Origin: Octopus vulgaris
Taxonomy: Eukaryota
Direction: 5' to 3'
NCBI GenBank assembly: GCA_951406725.2
Contig: OX597814.1
Span: 159,836,001 to 159,900,000 of the forward strand
DNA: 64,000 bases
The notes beneath the pieces are model-generated. The model saw nothing but the letters and a program-made list of their open reading frames with translations, searched no databases and was not told the origin of the DNA. A program made the translations under genes and the position numbers. Positions 37,991 through 48,250 of the stretch are shown here, in pieces (position 1 is the first letter of the stretch; each line of letters opens with the position of its first letter).

Positions 37991-40566
37991 GTAAGCATAA
38001 TAATCATTCCTTATTAACTTATAAATCCCAGTCAGTGTTCAGAAAAATTTTAATAGTCTTGGCCCCAGGCCCATGCTGGATTGTCAATTTTGCCAGATTA
38101 AAAATGGTCATGCAATTGTAATTCAGAGTAAATTCTCAGAAGACGGCTAGTAATTTTCTCCCAACTACCACATCATGAGTAATTTTATCTCAACTAAACT
38201 TTTATGACATACCTTTTTTATTCACTAGAAACTTGTTATAAAGTTAGAAGCATCCTTCTAATCCTTAAACTAAATAATATGTAAATACAAATATTTAAAA
38301 TAAAGTCTGATGACACACACTAACTGCCTAAGCACTTGACCCCTACCAGATCCTGTCTTGAAATGTAATTTCTCTTTCATATAAGAGCACTGTTTTCTCA
38401 ACACTGAATGTAAGTTAATTTCCTTTTCACAGAAAGGGGGTCTTTAAAGAGTCAACACATGGTGTTAGATCTAGTTTTAAACATTTGCATCTTCATATTA
38501 ATATAGTTTGGTGTGGAGACAGTGTTTATGCATATATTGTATATTACCATAAATGAATGTGTCCTGAAAGCTTGGTAGTGACAATGTTATTGATAATGGT
38601 TTCAAATTCTGCCACAAGGGCAACCAATGTTATTAATAATGGTTGCAAGAAATTTAAGTATCCTCCCATAAAAAATTATGTCCAGATTTCGAGATATGTT
38701 ATATTGTCAATTGGTGGAAAATCACTAGAGTTTCTGCATTTGGCATGTATAGTTTCTCCATTCTGGTTAAAGAATTTAAATATTAAATGATTGTTTAAAT
38801 GTTCCAATCACAAGATCATTCTGGTTAAGAGATTAACCTGTGGAGTAAAGAAAATTATCTTTTTGCGTATACTATGTGACAATAACCTTATGGTTAAGAA
38901 GTTTTTCTTCAATCCCACTGCTGACATATTTTATGGGTAGTCTCTTTCGTAGCCTCAGGTTGACCAAAGCATTGCAAATGGAATAGGATTGTAGTTAAAA
39001 ACTGGAAGCTCGGCAAGTGTGTGTGCGTGCGTACGTGTGTTTGTGTTTGTTTATAGAAATGGATGTGACGAGTTGCTTCCCTTTATCTAGCAACCGTAAC
39101 TTAGTGCTTTGTTAAAGTAACAGACTGTTAACAACGTAAATATCACTAAAGCCTCTGAAGACTATACCTCGGCTTAGCCACAGCCCAGTGACTGAAATCA
39201 GCAAAAGAATAAAAGAATGTATTGAGTTTTCTTTCTAATTACACTATAAAGAGAAAGTAAAAGTAACTAATCATCCCAATATTGGTATGCTCACTGCTAT
39301 TAAATATCTGTTGTTTTGAAACTAAACAAAAGGATGCTTTTATGTCAAATAATTAAATAAAAAAAAAAAAACTCAGCGAAGTCATTTGCTGTTGGTTGAT
39401 GGTACCTATAGAAGAAGTGGTTAGGTTACCTCTTTGGATAATGCCTTGTCAGTGATATACTGCAAGCTATTGACTCTACAACTCTATTGCTTCTTCCAGT
39501 CCACTACCTTTCCGTATTTCTTTTCAGTATGCTTTTGGCATTTAATTCACCCCATTCTCTTCTGTATAATAAGGAATGGATAAAAGCACAGTGTTTCACT
39601 ATTAATCCAAACTCATCATGATGGTAGTGAAACCTCTCAGATTATAAAATATATATCCGTCCAACCCATACTAGCATGGAAAACGGACGTTAAACGATGA
39701 TGATGATGATATTAGCGACAGGAGTAGTGTTAATACTGAGAGGTAAAGTTTATCCCCACTTATTAATATTTATTCTAGCTGAACATCCACATTTAAGTGA
39801 GGTTGAATATTCTTTTCTACTCTAAGCGCAAGGCTCGAAATTTTGGGGAAGGTGGCCAGTTGATTAGATCAACCCAAGTACGCAACTGGTACTTAATTTA
39901 TTAACCCTGAAAGAATGAAAGGCAGAGTCGACCCCAGCAGAATTTGAACTCAGAACGTAAAGACAAACGTAATATGCTAAGCATTTCGCTCAGTGTGCTA
40001 ACGTTTTTTTCCCAGCTCACCACCTTAGTGAAGATAACTATTAGCTCTCAGGTTATAATGGTTATACTTGCTCTGAATTCAATAAATGTTAACATGTTAC
40101 AGGCAGAAATGTGACTATGTGGTTAAGAAGGTTGCTTCTTTACTGCATGGTTCAGGGTTCAGTCCCACTGCATGGCACCTTGGCAAATATCTTCTATGTA
40201 TAGCCTTAGATTTCGTAAATGAGAACTGAATGAAGCCCATCACGTGTGTGTGTCCTTGTGTGACAATAATAAAATGATTGTCATTGTCATACAAGCAGTG
40301 TCATTCATTTCCATTATTCTGCAAGAACATGTCTAGCCATAGGGAAATATCACCTGGAAACGAGTGAGGGCTGGTGACAGGAAGGACATCCAGCCTAGGA
40401 ATTCTGCTTCAATAAACTCTGACTCATGCAAGCATGGAAAAATGGATGTTAAAATGATAATGATAACAATGATGATGACAGTGATGATATATTTTGATAT
40501 GAAATTTTATAAATTATTTGATTTGTATATCGTGGTAATTCTGGTTTATGTTGAATGTACTTTCAG

Positions 40567-40682
40567 TTTGCTTCAGCAAAGAGAGACACCGAATACAGAC
40601 TGAAACAAAGTTTATGAACGAAATTCGTCAGCTGCGACAACGTTTGGCGAGAGAGAGTTACCAACAGAAACCACCATCATAA
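40567..40682 (+). CDS. TBC1D31: TBC1D31 terminal coding exon: FCFSKERHRIQTETKFMNEIRQLRQRLARESYQQKPPS*
   Basis: ttttcAG acceptor in the required phase; LRQRL matches the recalled orthologue C-terminus; TAA at 40680-40682. Confidence 0.87.
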
Positions 40683-40988
40683 CATCAACACGTTACTATG
40701 ATATTCTGACAAAGCTTTTCTCTCAGATACTTCTTGAGGAATTATGAGTTTACAAATGCAAGTTTGAGTTTGAAAATCATTGTATATGACAGAACTAACT
40801 GCTCATTTGTGTGGTTTAGGTTGCTGCCTTTATCATTAAGTAGCTTCAAACAAGTCTTCTTGAACAGTGTGGATACTTAGATGTAAATAATAGACATTGT
40901 TTGCTAGAGGTCATACTTCCATCTGTTCAGCTCTGCATCGTACATGCTGTCATTAGTGTTACTGAGTTTATATACATATATATATATA

Positions 40989-41559
40989 TTGGGTTGTCCG
41001 GAAAGTTTGTGCCGATTTTGAAAGGAAAGAAAAAGGTCAATAAATACTTGCCATTACATTTTTAATCAACCAAATATGAACCATTTTGTTGCACAATGCA
41101 TCTCCATCTTTCCTTTAACTTAAAAATACCCTCTTCCCAGAATTGAGGTGGTTTCATGGCAAGGAATTCATCGAGGTATCTTTTTATGTCATCCAAGGAA
41201 TTGAAATTTTTACCATTAAGACTATTCTGCAGAGACCTGAATAAGTGCTGAATATTGCTCCGAAGAAACAATATCTGGTGAATATGGAGGGTGGGGTAAC
41301 ATCCCAGCTGAACCGCAGCAGTTTTTGTCTGGTTCCTAAAGCATCAAGTGCCGAAAATGAACTTTCTTATCTTCCATTTTAAAGGGTTACAGAATTAACA
41401 CAGGTTATAGGAACATGAACCTTCTTCCACGAAAAGATAGCTTAAACTGTGCTCTAAATGGAGTTGTAGTCAAATCCTATTTTATGGACTTAACCATGTT
41501 CTAAAATAAGTCGAAAGGTAAGCTACTATAAATCGGCACAAACTTTCCGGACAACCCAA
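40989..41559 (-). mobile_element. Internally deleted mariner (571 bp) with perfect 30-bp TIRs in a (TA)n site
   Basis: TIR TTGGGTTGTCCGGAAAGTTTGTGCCGATTT; transposase start MEDKKVHFRHLML (ATG at 41377) joined to PHPPYSPD...HLFRSLQNSLNGKNF...WRCIVQQNGSY. Confidence 0.95.
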
Positions 41560-43229
41560 TATATATATATATGTTAACATTCACACTCACTGGTGGAACA
41601 TTATTATTTGCGAAAAGTTTTTTACATACATAAGTTAAAAGCTGGAATCTAATGAGAGTAGTGGTGGTTTGCAGCAGTAAAAATTGCTTTTACTGGCAAT
41701 GATTAAAGTTTCTGAGGTTTGTACAGCATTGGCAAAGGAGCTCTAGATGTTTGGGACAAAGTCCTTTTTTAAGAAGAGAGAAAAAGATTATATTTTTATC
41801 TCTTTGTCTGTAGTCCATGCAAGTTTGAACATTGTGTGCACTAAGGACAAAACAGGCTTTTCTCTCTTTCCCCAAAGAACTTTGTAGGAAACACTGGATA
41901 TTCTCCCCGCCAGTGGCATTTGAACTTAAATTATTGCATCCCATCAAAAAGGGCACCAAAGAATAATAAATCAAAGAGGAGGAGGAGGAGGAGGACAATG
42001 ACATAAATATATTATAATTTTAACTATATATTTTATCTGTTTTACTTATGAATTCGCTTTGTATATGCTTATATTTATTTATATTGAGTATTACATAATA
42101 TACACATGAAATAATAATACCTACCTGATTTTTAATTATAAGTTAGGGTTGTAACATATAACTAAATATTTTTTATTTTAACTCATCAAAATTGAATTAA
42201 ATTTACATCTAATATAATTTCTTTTTCTAATAAATTTCTTTAAATGATTTTATGATATGTTCTTTTCTGTTAAAACTTTTCTTTAAATTTGCAAGTGTTG
42301 ACTTGTTTGTATCCAGTGTCCCCTGATTGGCTCGCATGCCGGTGACACATAAAAAGCACTATCCGAATGTGGCCAATGCCAGTACCCACTGACTGGCTCG
42401 CATGCCGGTGGCACGTAAAAAACACTATCCGATGGCTGATGCTAGTACCCACTGACAGCACGTAAAAAGCACTATCCGAAAGTGATTGATGACAGGCCCG
42501 CCTGACTGGTTCCTGTGCCAGTGGCACATAAAAAGCACCCACTACACTCTCGGAGTGGTTGACGTTAGGAAGGGCATACAGCTGTAGAAACATTGCCAGA
42601 TCAGATTGGAGCCTGGTGCAGCCACTGACTCTCCAGACCTCAGTCAAACTGTCCAACCCATGCCAGCATGGAAAAAAGACGTTAAACAATGATGATGATG
42701 GGGCCAGTCGATTAGATCGACCCCAGTATGCAGCTGGTACTTAAACCTGAAAGGATGGAAAGTAAAGTCAACCTCAGTGGAATTTGAACTCAGAATGTAA
42801 AGACAGACGAAATACCACTAAGCATTTTGCCCAGTGTGCTAACGTTTCTGCCAGCTCGCCACCTTGTACCTGTCTTACATTATTCAATGACCATGTTACC
42901 TTTAAGAAACTTTTTTCCTAATTACCAAAATGAAAGTTTCTCCTAGCTTGTCAGCTATTTGCGATGAGTGGATGACAACAAAATCAGTAATGGTGCACCC
43001 CACTAGTGACCGTTTATGGTTTTGTAAACCATTAATGCCAGAAATATAAGTTTTACATCCTGTACGGCAGTTCTCTTGACTCAAATATAACCAACTATGC
43101 AGTTGATTTGAAAGCAGATAAAACTGAAAAATAGTCATGACATAGACTCTCATATACTGTCACAAAGTTGTATTTACATGCACAGAATCATACATTTTCC
43201 CCTACAAAAATCACCTTAAAATATCTTTC

Positions 43230-43510
43230 AACAAGAGCACTCAGAGAGTGCAAATCTCTGCCAAGGCAATACCAACATCCTCTCAACGATTAACCTGAGA
43301 TGATTTTTAAAATGAGAATGTATGAAATAAAGTTGACTTCTCTCACAAACGAGAATACTAAAAATGAACCTGACTGCTCTCAAAAATTAAGTAAAAAAAC
43401 AGGAAAAAAATCCAGAATGCTTGCCCGGTACTGAATCAATCCCAAAATCTAATCAGTTCATGCCAGTAACACGGCCAAACATCCCTGAAATTTCATACGT
43501 TCTGAGTAAT
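43230..43510 (+). mobile_element. Partial DINE-1/Helentron-like non-autonomous repeat
   Basis: AACAAGAGCACTCAGAGAGTGCAAATCTCTGCCAAGG start and CCAAAATCTAATCAGTTC..AAATTTCAT core; classification from recalled motifs only. Confidence 0.45.
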
Positions 43511-43595
43511 ATAAAGCTTTACTTTCGTAAATCTCATGTTACTCTTCTGGTTGAAAACATTGGGAATGTGTATCATATATGGACACTAAGGAAAT

Positions 43596-43760
43596 CAGGG
43601 GTGGACTGGGGTGGGAGCAGGACTGAGGGGCATGTGCTCCCCACTCCTCAAGAAAAAAGATGCACCCTTCTAAGTAATGTTGTTTCACCCTTTTCTCATG
43701 GAATTGTATTCCCTTTTGACCTTGTGCCCTTCCTTCAAAAAATTCCTGGGACTGCACCTG
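43596..43760 (+). mobile_element. ~160-bp MITE with degenerate CAGGGGTGGAC-type TIRs; second copy at 62141-62296 (opposite orientation)
   Basis: The two copies align along their length (GGGCATGTGC, CCCTTCTAA, GTATTCCCTT, CTTCAAAAA); GAAAT flanks copy 1 on both sides. Confidence 0.65.
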
Positions 43761-44402
43761 GAAATATGCCCTGTGCATTACATGTGACATGCAGAACAGG
43801 CAAAGGGTCAAACAACTAATGGACCCCACTGCCCTCTTGTTATTTGCTGCTCCTTTGTGAGCTAACAACTGCCTGAAGTTGATACTGCTACAAATAAACA
43901 GAACAAATGAATGAGCATGCCTTTCTATGTGGAGCCTCATCATACAGAACAGGTCTTAAATTGTGGGCATTGATTTTTAGTAAAGAATGAAAAGTTGGAT
44001 TAGGGTGTAAATATTTAACCTTTGACAGATCTCACAATTTTCTTTCATCTTCCTTTGAGATCTCACAATCATAACAACAAAAACTTGCTACCAAAGACTG
44101 GCCTTCCTCATCAACATTAGAATGTACTTCAGCTCTAATTAGATGTTGACTCTCTACAAAGCTCAAGTATAAACAACAATGGAGTACTGTTGTCAGGTTG
44201 CTACTCTACACATTTCCTAGATCACTTCAAAAGGAAACAGATTATTTGGCTGCATCTCACTCACCATCACTCTACAACCACTAATCCACAGATATTCTCT
44301 GTGTGTGTTCATTTCCATTTCACTTCAAGTATATCAGTCATACCTTAATAAAAGTATTAATGTCGCACACTAATTTATTTTAGTATATACGTATGTATTA
44401 TC

Positions 44403-46865
44403 GACGACAAATATGGAGAAGAAGGATCTGGAAGCTTAAAGATCCTGCAAATGGACAGAGATTTAGGGACATATTACTTGAAACCTCTGACGAAGTAGAA
44501 GGGGATAGAGCATCACAGGGGGTAGAAGACAGCTGGACGTTTCTAAGGGACAACCTGCTGAGAGCCACTGACCAGATCTGTGGCTGGTGCAAAGTCCCCT
44601 CTCGACCTAGAATAACGTGGTGGTGGAACAATATTGTAGACAGGGCTATTAGAGAAAAGAGACAGGCTTGGAAGGTCTGGAAAAATGGGGGTAGCAGGGA
44701 ATTGTATCAGACTGCCAAAAGAGAAGCTAGGAGACAGGTTTATTTAGCCAGAGGGGAAGCAGATAAGAAAAAATTTGCCAATGTTCTGCGCTGTGAGGAC
44801 CAAAGACTGGAGGTGTTTCGTGTTGCAAGACAGTGTGTGAGAGAGAATCGTGATGTGGTAGGAGAGAAGTGTGTTCGCATGGAAGATGGTTCACTTGCGC
44901 TAAATGAGGATGCAAAGAGAGAGGTTTGGAGATGCCACTATGAAAGGTTGCTGAATGAAGAAAATGAATGGGATAAAGAGAGTCTGCCGAATGTTGACCC
45001 AACAGAGGGACCAGCTATCCGAGTTGATAGTTCCGTGGTAGCTAAGGCAATTAGAAGCATGAAGACAGGGAAAGCCCCAGGCCCATCAGGAATCACTGCA
45101 GAGATGCTCAAAATGTCTGGTAGTGTCGGCTATAGCCTAGTCACCCGTATAGTTAATCAGGTGATACACAAAGGGGTCATACCCAATGACTGGTGTAGCA
45201 GTATAATAGTCAACTGCTACAAAGGTAAAGGTGATGCCCTAGATACAAATAACTACAGAGGTATCAAGCTGTTGGACCAGGTGATGAAGGTTACGGAGAG
45301 GGTCATAGCCCAACTAATTAGAGAGAGAGTTAGTTTAGATGAGATGCAGTTTGGGTTTGTGCCAGGGAAAAGTACTACTGATGCTATATTCCTGGTAAGG
45401 CAGCTGCAGGAGAAATACCTAGCCAAAGATAAGCCCCTGTACCTGGCTTTTGTTGACATGGAGAAAGCCTTCGACAGGGTCCCCCGATCCCTTATCTGGT
45501 GGGCAATGAGGAAACTAGGGATAGATGAATGGTTAGTGAGAGCTGTGCGGGCCATGTATAGGGACGCCGCTAGTAGGGTGAGGGTTGGAAATGAGTACAG
45601 TGAAGAATTCCGGGTAGAGGTAGGAGTCCACCAAGACTCAGTACTCAGCCCCCTCCTATTTATCATAGTCCTCCAGGCAATAACGGAGGAATTCAAGACA
45701 GGATACCCTTGGGAGCTCCTCTATGCTGATGACCTTGCTCTAATTGCTGAGTCGCTATCAGAACTGGAGGAGAAGTTTCAGGTGTGGAAACAAGGATTAG
45801 TATCGAAGGGCCTCAGAGTCAATCTAGCTAAAACCAAAGTCGTAATCAGTAGGAAGGTAGACAAATCACAAACACCTTCAGGTAGATGGCCCTGCTCGAT
45901 CTGTAGAAAAGGTGTAGGTAGAAACTCTATAAGATGCACCAAGTGTAAGCTATGGACACATAAGAGATGCAGCAATGTCAAAGGAAGGCTAACTAGGAAG
46001 ATGGTTTTTGTATGTGGCAGATGCTCAGGAACAATAAACACTGAAAATGCTCTGAGACCAACTTCCGTCACTTTCCAGGGAGAAAAACTAGAAATAGTTG
46101 ATAGTTTCCGTTACCTAGGTGACCAAGTCAGCAGCGGGGGCGGGTGTGCTGAAAGTGTAACTGCTAGAGTAAGAATAGCTTGGGCAAAGTTCAGAGAGCT
46201 CTTACCTCTGCTGGTGACAAAAGGCCTCTCGCACAGAGTGAAAGGCAGACTGTATGATGCGTGTGTACGAACAGCCATGCTACATGGCAGTGAAACATGG
46301 GCCGTGACTGCTGAGGATATGCGTAAGCTCGCTAGAAATGAAGCCAGTATGCTCCGATGGATGTGTAATGCCGGTACTCACACTCGGCAGAGTGTAAGTA
46401 CCTTGAGAGAAAAGCTGGACCTAAGAAGCATCAGTTGTGGTGTGCAAGAGAGACGTTTGCGCTGGTATGGTCATGTGGCGAGAATGGATGAAGATAGTTG
46501 TGTGAAAAAGTGCCACACCCTAGCGGTTGAGGGAACCTGTGGAAGAGGCAGACCCAGGAAAACCTGGGACGAGGTGGTGAAGCACGACCTTCGAACTTTA
46601 GGTCTCACTGAGGAAATGACTAGAGACCGAGACCTCTGGAAGTGTGCTGTGCGCGAGAAGACCCGGCAGGACAAGTGAGTCCATAACCCGTGGCCTTCTA
46701 CATAGGATGGAGCCAGCCTACGTATGCATACCTTCCTTCTTGGGACACAAAACTCTACTTGTGAAGACGTGTTGAGGCAAGTGAGGATCAGAATCGAAAT
46801 CGATCAATGGAAATTGCGGATGTGCTACCAGTAACGGACGCTAAACGATGATGATGATGATGATG
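44403..46865 (+). mobile_element. 5'-truncated RTE-clade LINE (2.46 kb), uninterrupted RT frame to TGA at 46676-46678, (GAT)n tail
   Basis: KAPGPSGI, NYRGIKLL, QFGF, FVDMEKAFDRV, YADD (45722-45733), FRYLG, RLRWYGHV, GRGRPRKTW; no APE domain; possible TSD ATTATC (44397-44402, 46866-46871). Confidence 0.95.
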
Positions 46866-46929
46866 ATTATCAGTAGTTCATATATCTGTAAAAGAAGCAC
46901 ACTCTAAAACAGAACAATAATATATTTAG

Positions 46930-48250
46930 AAGGTTGTTTGTTATGGCCAGTTAGAGAGTGACTATTAGTTTCACACCTTTAAAATACTTAACTGTATAGG
47001 AAGCTTGTCAGACTCAAATGGTCAGAGGCACATAACCTTTCTACAGCTGGAGGGAGAAAAATGTAATGGTCAGTTAGTTTTGTAAACAAAAGATATCAAG
47101 AACAATACCCTTCCAGTAAACTTTCAAGTAGGGTGGGGTAATCGCCTTTACATTGGTTCCAGTCATGTCTAAGGATTTTTAAAGCTAGTGGTGTGTTCCT
47201 ATTCAGCAAATTCCAAGTTTGCAACAGGAAACACCTCAGATTAGGGCATTGATTAAACACTTCTTTTCTGGAGCTTAAAGAAGTCTCCAGATCAAGTGAG
47301 TTTTTCAGGATCCTTGCTCTCTTGGCCAAGCAAAGCTCACATCATTTGCTCCTGTTGAGGTATGGCCCCGATGTTCTAAGAGCTTCCATTTAATTATGTA
47401 TGGCATGTCCTCCTATTTAAAACACCACACATAGTTGGCCAGGGATGTGATGTTGTGCATCTCCAGTATCCTAAATGAGGACCTGTAGTTACTCAGGTGC
47501 TGCTTAAAAGGGCCACTTATGGAACTGCCATGTTTCTATGTCTGTGCACTTGCACTGGCAGTGTTATAGTTGCTGTTGTTGTTGTTAAGCAACAAGACGG
47601 GTAAGGGTGATTTAGTGATGGTCTAGGGCTTAGGGGCGGGAGACCCCAAACCTTGGAAAAAAAACTTTGGTCGTCTTGTAGTCGAGGGCTCTTTGTTGAC
47701 GCCCAACACCACTGGGAGGTGGCCCTCGAAGTCGCAGGAAATGGAGATCTCCAGGTGCAAATTCTTGAACGGCTGCTGCTGCTGTTGCTCCAGTCACAAG
47801 TGTTGTTGCTGCTACATCTGGATGTCATCCTGATGCTGCAGTTGCAACTGGCGTAGCTGCCAGAGCCGGTCACCACCTCATTCTCATACACTACCCCTTC
47901 AATAGGCACTGTATGCTGACACTGCTGGCTGCATTGCCGTTGATGTTGTAGCCATTGGTGTTGCAACCATAGCTGACTCTGCTGCTCGATGCATTACTGG
48001 TGTGGCTGCTGCCACCGCCACTGACATTGCTGTTGTTATTGGCTGATGTGTCACTGATGCTGTTGCTGTCACTGTGGTTGCCAGAGCTGGTCACCACCTC
48101 ATTCTCATACACTACCCCCTCAACAGGCAGTGTGTGAGGTTGACGTGGTGACCACTTATCAACACACTCCAACACTCCTATACTGCCTTCTCATCCTGTC
48201 TTTTCTACCACACCTGCTGTGGCCTCAATTCTTCAGACCTGGCTGATGTT
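46930..48250 (-). mobile_element. Decayed Penelope-like element (GIY-YIG endonuclease region plus 3' end)
   Basis: Frameshifted CLLRGxCMRM/EVV, GPFKQHLSNYRSSFR..HNITSLANYVWCFK*EDMPYIIKWKLL, PYLNRSK*CELCLA...RKEVFNQCPNLRCFLL follow the PLE GIY-YIG motif order. Confidence 0.8.
46956..47015 (-). ncRNA. Type I hammerhead ribozyme motif (one core substitution) at the 3' end of a Penelope-like element
   Basis: Minus strand GAGU-CUGACAA-[stem II]-GAAA-CU-AAU-AG-UC-ACUC: stem I GAGU/ACUC, stem III ACU/AGU, GUC triplet; G8 replaced by A. Confidence 0.72.

Larger units (their letters stand above)
2010..40682 (+). other. TBC1D31: TBC1D31 (WDR67) gene, 5'-incomplete: 20 coding exons, WD40 repeats + TBC domain + C-terminal coiled coil
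   Basis: Manually spliced GT-AG exons total 2623 nt and keep one frame to TAA at 40680-40682. The peptide matches recalled vertebrate TBC1D31 blocks (KSEFLVA, ISVHASGK, VFFLPLSN, GEYPEKYR, LPENHTA, LSALAHWS, HWFEYFPNPPINIL, YAWPLLE, LTKGQYPVFNKYPKFIVDYQ, LRQRL). Confidence 0.95.

Noticed and set aside
38433-38506. Extra TBC1D31 exon after ttttcacAG
   Set aside because: Joining it to the phase-1 exon ending at 37990 creates an immediate TAA and loses the conserved LRQRL exon
44393-46678. Intact autonomous LINE or host RT gene
   Set aside because: No endonuclease or 5' UTR, start codon comes from the flank, QG-to-QD change
47517-48175. Ser/Gln-rich host protein ORFs (149 aa and 94 aa, minus strand)
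   Set aside because: Low-complexity frames inside the decayed Penelope-like element; no splice structure
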